Source: a virus
Lineage: Duplodnaviria; Caudoviricetes
IMG/VR virus record: IMGVR_UViG_3300021962_000022
DNA length: 64,000 nucleotides
Strand: one strand, 5' to 3'
Below the pieces are notes generated by a model, which worked only from the letters and a program-made list of their open reading frames with translations, ran no database searches and was not told where the DNA came from. Positions 40,119 through 50,620 of this stretch are shown piece by piece. The translations under genes and the position numbers were made by a program. The stretch's first letter is position 1. Every line of letters starts with the position of its first letter.

Positions 40119-41185
40119 TAGATAGACTCGAAAAATATCATGAAGATGGGTTGTTAGTAAAACAAACCCACCCAACTAAAGATTTGTACATTTGGAATTA
40201 CACACCAAGAGTACAATATGAATCTTTATGGGATGATATTACTATGCAATGTCGTGGACTTATTACAACTCATTCGGGAGAAGTTATATCAAGACCATTC
40301 GGTAAGTTTTTTAATTATGAAGAGGTTATTGATAAGGATATGATTCCATGGGACAGTGAGTATGCTCATGTGCAAACAAAAATGGATGGTTCTCTCGGTA
40401 TACTATTTTTCTATGATGGTGAATGGATTATGTCGACAAGGGGTTCATTCACATCTGAACAATCAATTCGAGGATTAGAGATTCTAAAATCAAAATACGA
40501 TTTGGGGAGGTTTTCTAAAGAATTTACTTATCTATGTGAAATAATTTATCCTGAGAATAGAATCGTAGTAAATTACGGTGAGGATAAAATCACATTTTTG
40601 TCTATAACCACTCCTGAAGGAGAATTGAATTGGGCTACATCAAATTTGATATTTCACTCATCAAATATCAAGGAAGAAGATATTGTCAATAGTACTATGG
40701 TCACTTTTAATAAAGAAACTTTCGATACTTACAAAAAACTAAACTTACCAAATGAGGAGGGATTTGTCATTAGATTTTATCCATCTAATTTTAGGATGAA
40801 GATAAAATTTGAGGAGTATGTTCGTTTACATAGAATTTTAACCAACGTATCAAATAGAGATATTTGGGAAGTACTTCGTACCAATGGTGACATGAAAGAA
40901 ATACTTGATGGTGTACCAGATGAATTTTATGATTGGGTCCGTAAAACAAAAGAGGATTTATTATTCCAATACAAACACTTGGAACGTGAATACCAATGGA
41001 TTTTTAAAATCATAAATCGAGCCCCGAACATAGAAAATCGAGCTGTTTTCGCTGAGTACGCAAAGAGATATAAACACCCCTCAATATTGTTTAATATGTT
41101 AGATAATAAGGATTACTCCCAACAAATTTGGAAGTTGATTTATCCATCATATTCGAAACCATTTAAAACAAATGAAGAGAATTAG
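40115..41185 (+). CDS. RNA ligase, T4 Rnl1-like
   Basis: CRGLI, RPFGKFFN, KMDGSLG (adenylated Lys), EII, EGFV, MKIK. Confidence 0.9.
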   Translation: MIDRLEKYHEDGLLVKQTHPTKDLYIWNYTPRVQYESLWDDITMQCRGLITTHSGEVISRPFGKFFNYEEVIDKDMIPWDSEYAHVQTKMDGSLGILFFYDGEWIMSTRGSFTSEQSIRGLEILKSKYDLGRFSKEFTYLCEIIYPENRIVVNYGEDKITFLSITTPEGELNWATSNLIFHSSNIKEEDIVNSTMVTFNKETFDTYKKLNLPNEEGFVIRFYPSNFRMKIKFEEYVRLHRILTNVSNRDIWEVLRTNGDMKEILDGVPDEFYDWVRKTKEDLLFQYKHLEREYQWIFKIINRAPNIENRAVFAEYAKRYKHPSILFNMLDNKDYSQQIWKLIYPSYSKPFKTNEEN

Positions 41186-41612
41186 TAAGAAGAATTATAC
41201 AATGAAAACGAGAATTTATTTAGACGATGTAAGAACCCCCATCGAAAAAGACCAATGGGTTGTTGTTAGAAATTACGAAGAGTTTGTAAATAAAGTTAGT
41301 GAAATTGGTTTGGAGAACATATCTCTAATATCATTGGACCACGATTTAGGTGAAACAGCAATGGCCGAATGGCATCGTAATGTTTATCACCACTATGAGT
41401 TAGATTATGACAACATCTTGGAAAAAACCGGAATGGATTGTACCAAATGGTTGGTTGAACAATGGATGAATGGTAAACCCGTGGTTGACGTTGTTGTTCA
41501 TTCCGCAAACGCTATTGGTAGCGGTAATATGATGGGTTACATAAACAACTACAGACACATTAATCGACTACCTCAGAACTGTATTAGAGTTCAAATTGAA
41601 CATACTGTGTAA
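41172..41612 (+). CDS. Cyclic-phosphate-processing receiver-like domain protein
   Basis: IYLDDVRTP, SLDHDLG, KTGMDC..WL, VHSAN..G..NM; alternative start at 41202. Confidence 0.75.
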   Translation: MKRISKKNYTMKTRIYLDDVRTPIEKDQWVVVRNYEEFVNKVSEIGLENISLISLDHDLGETAMAEWHRNVYHHYELDYDNILEKTGMDCTKWLVEQWMNGKPVVDVVVHSANAIGSGNMMGYINNYRHINRLPQNCIRVQIEHTV

Positions 41613-41697
41613 AGGTTTTTCTAAACTTTTTGGTTAAAAGTTTGTTTGTGTCGGTTTTTATAGTCATATTTGTGATAAACCAAAAATTAAATCGACA

Positions 41698-42039
41698 ATG
41701 TCAACAAAAGAACCGAACAAACCAAAAGATACGGTAATTAAAAAACTCATACTAAAACAAGATTATAAAAACTTCAGTGATTTTTATAACATCAACAAAG
41801 AATCCATTTACAGAACCTTAGCAAATCTTTTTAAAAGTTTGAAGAGAAGGGATAAACAAGTGGTTATTTTAGTTTTGGGTGCTAAGATTAATGGACTACA
41901 ATGGGAAACCGAGCTAAAGTTTAAAAGACAAGAATCAGTTGTTTTAGTCAGGGATATTTTACCTTTCTTTGAACAAAATGAAGATTACGAAACTTGTGGA
42001 GAAATAACGGAAACCTACAATAAGATTTTAGAGATTTAA
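41698..42039 (+). CDS. Hypothetical protein
   Basis: 113 aa; preceded by TTTG-N20-CATATTTG. Confidence 0.65.
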   Translation: MSTKEPNKPKDTVIKKLILKQDYKNFSDFYNINKESIYRTLANLFKSLKRRDKQVVILVLGAKINGLQWETELKFKRQESVVLVRDILPFFEQNEDYETCGEITETYNKILEI

Positions 42040-44330
42040 TAAGACGAAGAGGATAAATTAGCATCACCTTTTACTATGTACTTAATATTGAAAATTAATG
42101 AAGTATTGGTAAAATTAATTGTGAAATTTGTCACTGGTTGTACGTTGTTAAAATTCGACAAAGTTAGGGAGTTGAAATCTGATGATGTGTACCAATACAC
42201 TTCGTTAAATGGTATCATTCCACTAATGTTTGCACCCAACAGATAAGCGTCTGAAATATTAATTTTACCGTCTTTATTTATGTCCCCTGCTTTCATTTTA
42301 GGACCGTTGTTAAGTACTAAACCCGGTTGAAGTTGGGTTGGGGTATTTTCATTTTGTGACTCATTAAAAACTTCATTAAAGTCATTTGATGTCAAAGATG
42401 GTGTGTACGTTGGTACAATCTTATACGTTGAATTATATTTGGTTGGGTTAAATGTGAATGAACCTGTTGCACCAACTATTGCGGTTTGCAGTAAAGTCTC
42501 GACCCCATTTTCAACCAAATAAAATTTTAATTCGGGTCTTACAGATAAACCTGAAGGGATAGTAACTGTTCCTGATATTGTTTCTGTTATTATCGTAACC
42601 GAACCTGAAGAACTAAATGCAAATCCACATGTCCCACTCTGTAATTGTGCTCTGAATAGAGTTTTTACGGATATGTTTGAATAAGACTGTGATGCGGTTG
42701 TATTCACAATATCGGTCCACGTAACACCGTCATTTGTTGACCTCTGCCATTTAACAATACTACCACTATACCCACTTAAAGTTAATGTTCCTGAGTTTGT
42801 TGTTGTGGTATGAATCGACGATGATACCGAACCACCAACAGGAGGTGTACCTGATGTCACGGTAATTGTTTTTGAGTCCGAATTAACTGCACTACCACAA
42901 TTTGGTGTTTGTACCTGAACTCGGTAATAATATGTTCCGGCTGAACTTAACGTTTGTGTTAAACTTGTAGTTGTGTTAGAAATATCTACCCAATTTATAT
43001 TGTCTGTTGAACGTTGCCATTTATTTACATTACCCTGTTGACCTGATAATGTTAGTTCTACTTGACCACCGGCACATATTGAATTATTAACAGCAAATAT
43101 GGTACCCGATTTTGTTGGTTTAACTGACAAGAATACACTTGACGTTGGTAAACTTGAGCAAGTTGTTGGACTAGTTGAATTCACAATCGCCCTATAGTAT
43201 GTTGTTTTAGTTAGATTAGTTACGGTAATAGTTGATGATGTACTTGATATTGTCGTACCAGCGGTAAAAAAGTTATCAAATGAAGATTCCCATCTCGCGA
43301 TACTACCTGTATATCCATTAAGTGTTAGTGTTGTACTATTACTACCTGAACAGACATTAATATCACCACCACTAATATACCCACTTGATGCCCCACTAAT
43401 TTCTAAATTTCTTGTTAATATGGTTGTACTTGTGGTGATGTCACCTGGCATGTCACCATATTCACAAATATATCCGGGTAGAGATGTGTTTGGTAAATCA
43501 TTCCATTGACCCGCATTACCTGAATAAAATTGACCGTAATGTTCTGCACCGGCATTATTAGGTTCCCCACCCGCCCATTTTGCATATTGACCTGTAACAG
43601 CGGTACTACCGTTAGAAAATTGAGTTCCCTTTTCAGGTCCTGTAACCCAATGCCACTTTTGTTCAACGGCAGCTTGTGATGCGAACGCGGTGGTACCTTT
43701 AGCGGTATTGACCACACCCATTTCATCTGAAGCACCAAACCAACCATCTGACGACATTAATTTCCAAATAAAATTATTTTCCGCCTCAGATGACATTGTT
43801 GCCAAATAACCCGCTCTACCAAAATATGAACGATTTTCTGCGGATGTTTTTGAATTTGTCCACGTTGTTGAACCGGAAACATATTCATAAAAATGTTCAG
43901 TTAATGGGTTGTAAAATACAATTCCCGCAACGAATGTTACTCTTCTTTGTAATGCGTAACAGGTAGAGGTTGTTGACCTAAATTCAACTCCTCTTAAAAC
44001 CGTTTCCCAATTTGAGGCGGTTGTTGTTCCATTAAAAACTAATACACCTGTGGTTGTATTGAATGCGGAAACAGTAATACCCGACGGTAAAGTCGCTGTT
44101 GACCTTAATTGGTCACCACTTGTACCACTTATGTAACTTTGAGATATTTGAACTCTAAACCCATTAATTGTACCATTTGCGGTCAAAGTAAGATTCGGGT
44201 CAACCGTTGTCCAAGTATTAAAACTTGCGGAAAGTGTGCCCGTACTCGATGTGCCTAAAGAAACTGATGTTGCTTGTGAGTAACCGAGAATCGGTAAAAT
44301 TAAAAGTAATATAATAATTAAATTTCTCAT
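42036..44330 (-). CDS. Exported multi-domain protein: C-type lectin-like, Ig-like repeats, dockerin-like C-terminus
   Basis: Signal peptide; YLATMSSEAENNFI..W.G...W..GEPNN..EHY...WNDL..YICEY; GDINKDGKINISDAYLL. Confidence 0.8.
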   Translation of the reverse strand: MRNLIIILLLILPILGYSQATSVSLGTSSTGTLSASFNTWTTVDPNLTLTANGTINGFRVQISQSYISGTSGDQLRSTATLPSGITVSAFNTTTGVLVFNGTTTASNWETVLRGVEFRSTTSTCYALQRRVTFVAGIVFYNPLTEHFYEYVSGSTTWTNSKTSAENRSYFGRAGYLATMSSEAENNFIWKLMSSDGWFGASDEMGVVNTAKGTTAFASQAAVEQKWHWVTGPEKGTQFSNGSTAVTGQYAKWAGGEPNNAGAEHYGQFYSGNAGQWNDLPNTSLPGYICEYGDMPGDITTSTTILTRNLEISGASSGYISGGDINVCSGSNSTTLTLNGYTGSIARWESSFDNFFTAGTTISSTSSTITVTNLTKTTYYRAIVNSTSPTTCSSLPTSSVFLSVKPTKSGTIFAVNNSICAGGQVELTLSGQQGNVNKWQRSTDNINWVDISNTTTSLTQTLSSAGTYYYRVQVQTPNCGSAVNSDSKTITVTSGTPPVGGSVSSSIHTTTTNSGTLTLSGYSGSIVKWQRSTNDGVTWTDIVNTTASQSYSNISVKTLFRAQLQSGTCGFAFSSSGSVTIITETISGTVTIPSGLSVRPELKFYLVENGVETLLQTAIVGATGSFTFNPTKYNSTYKIVPTYTPSLTSNDFNEVFNESQNENTPTQLQPGLVLNNGPKMKAGDINKDGKINISDAYLLGANISGMIPFNEVYWYTSSDFNSLTLSNFNNVQPVTNFTINFTNTSLIFNIKYIVKGDANLSSSSY

Positions 44331-46087
44331 AAATTTATCTTACTACCAACTAAGAAAAATGATAGAATTGGAAATTCAGGGTTTGTACTCATGTTCGCCT
44401 TATAGTTAACATTTAACTTAAAACGTTTTGAGATTTGATAGTCAAAACCACTACCAATAAAACCACTCACATATCTATCAGTTATTGATACGTTGTCTTT
44501 GGATGAATAAACTAAAGGTGTTGAAATAACATACAATTCGGGTGACACAATTAATTTTTTACCGACTTTAAATGGTCTTGTGTAAAAAGCGGTGATAGAT
44601 GGTGAATAATAACCATTCTTTTCTTCCGATATAATTGTCGCAGCAGCACTTACGTTAAAACCCGTAATACCATATTTTCCACCATTTAAAATACCACTAT
44701 AACCAATAAAACCTAAATAATTACCATAAGTGTAAACCCCTGTCAGGTTTATGTTATGAATGAACTTCAACTTTTTTGTTTTATTATAATGTATTTTAGT
44801 ATATTTTGTTGACACAGCAAACTGTTTGAAATTTAACCAAACCATACCAGTTACCCCATAACTTGATAAACCTGTCATTGATGATTTACTTGTCCCAATG
44901 TTTACTATTGGGGTAAACGTTCTATTCAAATTTTGAGCGGAGGTAACATCAGAAGAAACAATGATAGGGTTAGACCTCGCACCACCATTACTACCCGATT
45001 TACCTTTTCCACCACCACTTGAACCACCGGAACCACCCGCGTTATTATCGTTGTGGGCATCATTGTTCATTTGTGTTGTTGCACCAACTTCTTCACCTTG
45101 TTTTTGGGTGTTGTTTTGATTATTGTTCCCATTGGATGTACCTGTTCCACCATTATTTGAGTTTCCCGAACTACCGCTATTTCCTGTGGTGGTAGAACCA
45201 CCGGAACCTCCGTTATTACCTGAAGTTCCCGAACTTCCTGAACCATTATTTCCTGTGTTTGTTCCGTTGGTTGTTCCCGAACCACCTGTGGTGCTCGAAC
45301 CATTTGAACCTCCGTTATTTGATGAGGACCCATTTCCGTTATTAGAACCACCTGTAGACCCTGAACCACCGTTGTTCGAACCCGAATTGTTTGATGGGGA
45401 TGTCCCATTAGAGTTACCCGAACCTACAGACGGTTGAGTCGTTGAATTTCCCCCCTGAGTTGAGTTACCTGTACTTGATGACGTTCCTCCATTTGTTGAA
45501 TTTCCACTTCCTTGAGTCGAGTTACCTCCTCCATTTGTTGTATTAGTTCCTGAATTCGATTGGGATTGTCCTCCATTTTGAGTTGTACTATTATTCGTAG
45601 TATTTGATTGAGATGAATTACTTCCATTACCTTGGTTATTATTGTTTTTCTTCTTATCAGAACTTTTATTATCCTTACCACCAGCATCACTACTACCCGA
45701 CGAACCAGTTTCTAAACTAGATGATTGTGCTTGACTACTTGACAAAATCGAACTCACAACTGACTGAACCGTACTACCAATAATTTGGGCGGTTATTTGG
45801 TTTTGAGTTACCTGACCCTGTTGTTGTGAACATGGGTTTGTTTGTCTGTATGTGGTATAAACCTGATTTACCCAATTGGAAAATGTACCATTGGATAAAT
45901 CGTTCGCGTCAAAACTACCAACATTATTTAAAAAAATAATCATCGTTTTACCCCCCTGTATTGGTACACTAAATATTGTGACTTCTTTTGTACAGGGGTC
46001 TATAAAAGTATACGTTGATACTTGTGCTTTCGATACATTACATACGAAAGTAAGAAAAAATGTTAATATTAATGTCTTAATGTTCAT
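44327..46087 (-). CDS. Exported protein with Gly/Ser/Asn low-complexity linker and C-terminal beta-barrel-like region
   Basis: Signal peptide, ~230-aa G/S/N/T tract, amphipathic C-terminal strands. Confidence 0.75.
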   Translation of the reverse strand: MNIKTLILTFFLTFVCNVSKAQVSTYTFIDPCTKEVTIFSVPIQGGKTMIIFLNNVGSFDANDLSNGTFSNWVNQVYTTYRQTNPCSQQQGQVTQNQITAQIIGSTVQSVVSSILSSSQAQSSSLETGSSGSSDAGGKDNKSSDKKKNNNNQGNGSNSSQSNTTNNSTTQNGGQSQSNSGTNTTNGGGNSTQGSGNSTNGGTSSSTGNSTQGGNSTTQPSVGSGNSNGTSPSNNSGSNNGGSGSTGGSNNGNGSSSNNGGSNGSSTTGGSGTTNGTNTGNNGSGSSGTSGNNGGSGGSTTTGNSGSSGNSNNGGTGTSNGNNNQNNTQKQGEEVGATTQMNNDAHNDNNAGGSGGSSGGGKGKSGSNGGARSNPIIVSSDVTSAQNLNRTFTPIVNIGTSKSSMTGLSSYGVTGMVWLNFKQFAVSTKYTKIHYNKTKKLKFIHNINLTGVYTYGNYLGFIGYSGILNGGKYGITGFNVSAAATIISEEKNGYYSPSITAFYTRPFKVGKKLIVSPELYVISTPLVYSSKDNVSITDRYVSGFIGSGFDYQISKRFKLNVNYKANMSTNPEFPILSFFLVGSKINL

Positions 46088-46097
46088 AGTGTATATT

Positions 46098-46122
46098 AAA
46101 AAAGGGGTTTTACCCCCTTTTT
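46098..46122. terminator. Bidirectional terminator-like hairpin
   Basis: A6-GGGGT-TTT-ACCCC-C-T5. Confidence 0.7.
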
Positions 46123-46146
46123 ATTAGTATTATCAAACATTATTAA

Positions 46147-46932
46147 TTATTTAGGGAATACACCCTTTTTTATCATTCTTAATAGAATTCTAGAACATGC
46201 AATATCTAATGCTTTTTTGGTACTAATTCCTATTGTCGATTGATTAAATTTAACTTCACTTAAATTATCGTCATTTAGTAAACTTAATTCTCTAACGGTA
46301 ACCGATTCACCCAATCCACTAGCCGCAATTATTTGACCCGTTTCTGCATCGGTGAATCTAACTTGTAACCCTAATCTTGTAACAACAGTGTTTTTAACAC
46401 CATTACTAAGATTAACTGTCTCATCCTCACTCACTGAAAATTCATAAACTTCAATTGTAACAAAATAGTGTGCTAAACGTATTTTTCCTCTACCATTTAA
46501 AGTATCATAACTGATACCCGCTTGAGAAGCTTGGTATTGTTTCACCATTCTATTTTTGATTTCGGTTTTATCCTCAGTAAATGTGAATCTATTTAAATTC
46601 TCCAAATATTCTAATGTTATATTTGCCACACCTAAACCTACTTTCTTTTCTTTTAATTCAGGATATTGTTCATATACTTCATCACTGATTCCAATTTTTA
46701 GAATTTGTATTGGAATTTGTGGTCCGTCATAATCCATTAGTGAATCAATGCTCACATTAGTTTCAAACGATGCTTTATATTGTTCTGTTTGTGTTTTACC
46801 AACAACCTGTGCACTTACAGTATTGGCGAAGACAAACATCAATACAAACCATAGTATTATCAGAATTACTGGTGATAATAGTTTTTCTATGACAAATTTT
46901 TTCATTTTATTCGGGGTCTTGTATTTTACCAC
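46147..46932 (-). CDS. CsgG-like envelope protein
   Basis: Signal region; NRFTFTED, VTIEVYEFS, LGLQVRFTDAETGQIIAASG, KKALDIA resemble the CsgG family. Confidence 0.65.
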   Translation of the reverse strand: MVKYKTPNKMKKFVIEKLLSPVILIILWFVLMFVFANTVSAQVVGKTQTEQYKASFETNVSIDSLMDYDGPQIPIQILKIGISDEVYEQYPELKEKKVGLGVANITLEYLENLNRFTFTEDKTEIKNRMVKQYQASQAGISYDTLNGRGKIRLAHYFVTIEVYEFSVSEDETVNLSNGVKNTVVTRLGLQVRFTDAETGQIIAASGLGESVTVRELSLLNDDNLSEVKFNQSTIGISTKKALDIACSRILLRMIKKGVFPK

Positions 46933-47443
46933 ATTTCAAACATTCCAACTCACCGTCATTGTCTTGGTCACCCCAAACATGTTCGCATTGGCGATGTTCA
47001 AAATACTCATCAATTATACCATCGTTGTCATAATCTAAACCGTCCATAACACCATCACCATCTTCATCAATTTCAACACCAACTTTTGATGTTGACTCGG
47101 TGATTGGTTCGTTTTTGGTTTCATTATTTGATGATTTCATATCTGCGGTGTTTGAAAAAGAAACACCATCTTCCTCATCCATTTTTTGTACTAACATCTT
47201 ATCCTTATCGGTATCACTAAACCAATAGTCAATAATTTTACCATAAGAACCTATGAAAGCACCTAATAGTAGGAGAAGTAATTCTTTCCATTCACCACCG
47301 ATTTCATTTTTACCTATAATAGCCGCGAAAATTCCAGCCATGATAAACATAAAACCACCTAACACAATCGCGGTAATAAACCACCTTCTTTTCATCATTG
47401 CGTTAAGAAGGTCTCTAAATCCGGTTGGTTGATTGTTTACCAT
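46907..47443 (-). CDS. Two-TM membrane protein with Ca-binding-like DxDxDG repeats and C-terminal Zn ribbon
   Basis: Two hydrophobic helices; DEDGDGVMDGLDYDNDG; CEHVW..CLKCG. Confidence 0.7.
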   Translation of the reverse strand: MVNNQPTGFRDLLNAMMKRRWFITAIVLGGFMFIMAGIFAAIIGKNEIGGEWKELLLLLLGAFIGSYGKIIDYWFSDTDKDKMLVQKMDEEDGVSFSNTADMKSSNNETKNEPITESTSKVGVEIDEDGDGVMDGLDYDNDGIIDEYFEHRQCEHVWGDQDNDGELECLKCGKIQDPE

Positions 47444-47778
47444 TGTGGCTCCTTTTCTTTGAATTCATCACCCTCTTTTTTAGGTTTTGCGGGTTCTGAC
47501 TTAACCGGTTTTTCAACCACTCTTTCTTTTATTATAGTTGTGTTACCACCACCACTTGATGACGTATTCTTAGAAGAATTGTCAACATTTAAATTAATTA
47601 CAGGTGCTGCTTGTTGTGTTTGGGTTGGTTCCTTTTCTTTGTCATCACCACCACCAAATAAGGTAGTTGTAAAGTAAGTTCCGCCAGCCATAACTGCCGT
47701 GGTAATAACCCCAATAATTGTTTTCTTCAGTCCTGACCATGTTCCGTCAGATTCTGGTACGTTTGTTTCTTCGCTCAT
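47437..47778 (-). CDS. Single-TM membrane protein
   Basis: 113 aa, one hydrophobic helix then a low-complexity tail. Confidence 0.7.
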   Translation of the reverse strand: MSEETNVPESDGTWSGLKKTIIGVITTAVMAGGTYFTTTLFGGGDDKEKEPTQTQQAAPVINLNVDNSSKNTSSSGGGNTTIIKERVVEKPVKSEPAKPKKEGDEFKEKEPQW

Positions 47779-47782
47779 TGTT

Positions 47783-49696
47783 TTAAACTTTAATGAATTG
47801 TTTAGTTAATTGTTTATTATAATTATTTAATACTAAATAATAATTACCTGCTGCGGATGATGTCATATCAATTTGCTTATATGCAATTTTTTCTGATGAA
47901 TTGGTTGAAACAGAACCGATGTTTTTAACCAATTGACCTCTCACGTCATAAATTGAACCAATCATCTCCATATTTGGATTTGGGAACCTAATTTCAATTT
48001 CAAACCAACCACTTGTCGGGTTTGGTCTAATTGATGCTGTGATTTCATCAATTGATTGGTCTGTAGGTGGGGCCATTTTGTACATAATAACCGCAATACT
48101 ACTAACCAAATCAATGTTTAAATGGTCTCCTCTTTCATCTGACGCATCCATCAACTCTCTGACATAGATATTACTTACGATGTCATTATTACCAATTGGT
48201 GAGAATTTTAATTTAAATGGGGTTGCTTGACCAATCAAACCATTTTTGAATTGGTTATTCATACCACCAAATCTAATTGTACCATTGGTTGCGTCGTGAG
48301 TTACATATTGTAACCATGGACCCCCATTAAAATTTGATACAATCTCTTCAAATTTAACTTTAGTTTTATCGTACTTCATTTCAAATTGTAATCCATAATT
48401 GTTATCACCATTTGTGTTAACATTAAATGGTACATATATTGGTTGACTTCCTGTTGCAGAAGTGTTAGGTATCTCAACATCTAATTTACCTTTGAATACC
48501 GCTTTAGCAACTAATACACCTGATGAGTTCCATACTCTTGATGAATATGTTCTATCTACGTCACCCTGAATAAAGTATTTAATGTTTACCGTTTTATTCA
48601 CTAAACCAACACTATCCGTGATAAAATTGGTTGCGGTTAAATGGTTTGGCCAATCGTTCCATTGGGTTGAACCTAAAACTAAAGAGTCGTAAACACTCGC
48701 GTGGAAAGTTCTAATCATTGTTGTAGTATCTATTTTTTTCATACCACTTACGTTAGCGTAAATTAGATATGGGTCACCACCGTCTAATTTTCCGTTTTGG
48801 TTCATATCACCAATAAGGTACGCTAAACCATTTTTTAAATATTGTTGACCAAATCCTTGGTTAACATCTGTAATAGTATATTCATCGTAAGTCTTAACCG
48901 CGTCTGATATTGTAACAGCATAATCCCTAAAGACTTCCATACTGTCAGCGGGGAATCTCACCAATAATTTATATTTGGTGTTTTTGTCTACGTTGTTTAG
49001 TGAATAGTTACCCGCGGTATCACATAAAGACGATGAAACAAAAGTACCTGTATTAAACTTTGTACATATAACTGTTGGTCTTCTACCAGCCAATTTCATT
49101 GTTGGTGGTAATTCAACAACGCCACTAATCACCAAGTTACCTAAAAGTTCAAGGTGCATATCTTGTACATTCAAGATTGCGATGTTATCACCAATTGTAG
49201 AACCGTCATATTTGAACATTCTAGCCCAGTTAATTTCAACGCTATCGGCGTCAAAGTTTGATTCGACATCATTAATAATAAATTTGTTATGTATTAAAAA
49301 TGTGTCTTGTGTTATTTGAGAACCACTTGAAAGAACCAAGAAATTTCTCGCTACGGTGTAGTTAGTATCACTCGTATATGAATACAAACCTGTACCCGAA
49401 CTATAACTTGAGTATTTGTAATTGCTAAAGAATTTTATCGAAAGAGCCGGAGTCATAGTACTCACAGTTGGGTCAACAGTAGTTGATACGTGAGTGAAAA
49501 GTTGTTTTCTATACTGAAAATCAACTTGGAATGTTCTTACGTCAACCGCAGATGCTGGTGTGTATTTAAACACAACATCTAAAGTGTCACCTCTTTTGAT
49601 AGTTTTATACGCAACGGGATTACCTATTTGAGGTGTTTGTGAAAACGCCATTGTCGTGAGAAATAATGTAATTAGGAAAAGTGTTATTTTTTTCAT
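47783..49696 (-). CDS. T9SS cargo protein with cohesin-like and dockerin-like domains
   Basis: Signal peptide; GLQFEMKYDKTKVKF (cohesin-like); GDMNQNGKLDGGD (dockerin-like); C-terminal IRPNPTSG..IYDVRGQLV..GNYYLVL..TKQFIKV = type A T9SS CTD. Confidence 0.85.
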   Translation of the reverse strand: MKKITLFLITLFLTTMAFSQTPQIGNPVAYKTIKRGDTLDVVFKYTPASAVDVRTFQVDFQYRKQLFTHVSTTVDPTVSTMTPALSIKFFSNYKYSSYSSGTGLYSYTSDTNYTVARNFLVLSSGSQITQDTFLIHNKFIINDVESNFDADSVEINWARMFKYDGSTIGDNIAILNVQDMHLELLGNLVISGVVELPPTMKLAGRRPTVICTKFNTGTFVSSSLCDTAGNYSLNNVDKNTKYKLLVRFPADSMEVFRDYAVTISDAVKTYDEYTITDVNQGFGQQYLKNGLAYLIGDMNQNGKLDGGDPYLIYANVSGMKKIDTTTMIRTFHASVYDSLVLGSTQWNDWPNHLTATNFITDSVGLVNKTVNIKYFIQGDVDRTYSSRVWNSSGVLVAKAVFKGKLDVEIPNTSATGSQPIYVPFNVNTNGDNNYGLQFEMKYDKTKVKFEEIVSNFNGGPWLQYVTHDATNGTIRFGGMNNQFKNGLIGQATPFKLKFSPIGNNDIVSNIYVRELMDASDERGDHLNIDLVSSIAVIMYKMAPPTDQSIDEITASIRPNPTSGWFEIEIRFPNPNMEMIGSIYDVRGQLVKNIGSVSTNSSEKIAYKQIDMTSSAAGNYYLVLNNYNKQLTKQFIKV

Positions 49697-50190
49697 AGTA
49701 TTAATTTGTTTATTAGGGTTTGAGTTGTTTTCTTTAATGCCGAACTAGCAGATTGTTGATTGAATTTACCACCCTCATCAATCATAATAGTTGAGGTTGA
49801 AATTTCGGTAGATTTACCTTCCGAGAATTCCTGTTTAATTTTTTTATCACCTTTGTATAAAACACCTTTCATTCTTATCACAGTCGTTGTTTTATCTTCG
49901 TGAAAAATACTAACCCCCGAGTTAGTTGTTACAATGTCAAAAAATATAAGTTCAACTTTAATTTTGTAGTCGGCTTTATTTTTATCTGTAATCAGAATTA
50001 AACTATCCTGTTCGTTTATGATTTCTTCAATGATGTTTTTTACACCAAAAGCTAAATTTTTGTTTTCAGTAAACGGACCAATTTTAATGTTATTGATAAC
50101 AGTATCAACAACAATAGTTTGAGCATTTAGATTAGAAAATCCAAATGATATTAAAAATAATAGTAATATGATGGGTAATCTTTTCATCAC
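49693..50190 (-). CDS. Exported protein (CsgG/LptE-like alpha-beta fold, tentative)
   Basis: Signal peptide; ends SALKKTTQTLINKL like CsgG-family C-termini. Confidence 0.55.
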   Translation of the reverse strand: MMKRLPIILLLFLISFGFSNLNAQTIVVDTVINNIKIGPFTENKNLAFGVKNIIEEIINEQDSLILITDKNKADYKIKVELIFFDIVTTNSGVSIFHEDKTTTVIRMKGVLYKGDKKIKQEFSEGKSTEISTSTIMIDEGGKFNQQSASSALKKTTQTLINKLIL

Positions 50191-50210
50191 AAAAAAGAAA
50201 AAAAGGAAAA

Positions 50211-50231
50211 AACGGGGTTATTAGACCCCGT
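50211..50231 (-). terminator. Terminator-like hairpin after ORF 50237
   Basis: ACGGGGTC-TAAT-AACCCCGT-TTTT on the minus strand. Confidence 0.7.
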
Positions 50232-50236
50232 AATTC

Positions 50237-50491
50237 TTATTCAGAAACTTCGTCTTCTGATTTTTTCTTATGTGAGAACTTGTCTAAAGTATCTGCACCC
50301 ATTCCAATTGCAGTAATTACCATTACCGCATTTACCAATTCTTCTGATGGTTTAATGTCACCATGTGTAAAAGAGTTTGCCATCATGGTTCCGCAAAGGA
50401 ATAACGCACCTAAGAGCGCGATTACCGGTTTGATTGAAGTTGACCCTCTTTCGTCTTTGAATAGGTCAATAATCCATTTTTTAAAGTTCAT
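50237..50491 (-). CDS. Two-TM small membrane protein (holin-like)
   Basis: 84 aa, two hydrophobic helices, charged C-terminus. Confidence 0.6.
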   Translation of the reverse strand: MNFKKWIIDLFKDERGSTSIKPVIALLGALFLCGTMMANSFTHGDIKPSEELVNAVMVITAIGMGADTLDKFSHKKKSEDEVSE

Positions 50492-50588
50492 AGTTGTAAT
50501 TTAGTTTAGTTTTATTATTTGGTTTACTATAAATACCACGGCAATTCAGATTTTCATATATATTATTTTAAAAAAATTTTAAACTTTT

Positions 50589-50620
50589 CTTGTTTTTCCG
50601 AATACTTATTGTTATCTTTG
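50589..50620 (+). promoter_or_regulatory. Bacteroidota sigma70-type promoter of tRNA operon 1
   Basis: CTTG (50589-92), 20-nt spacer, TATCTTTG (50613-20). Confidence 0.8.

Noticed and set aside
3408-45690. Antisense or alternate-frame ORFs over low-complexity genes (e.g. 3408, 26345, 29174, 35570, 45067, 45123, 45424)
   Set aside because: Products of repetitive codons in the real genes on the other strand or frame.
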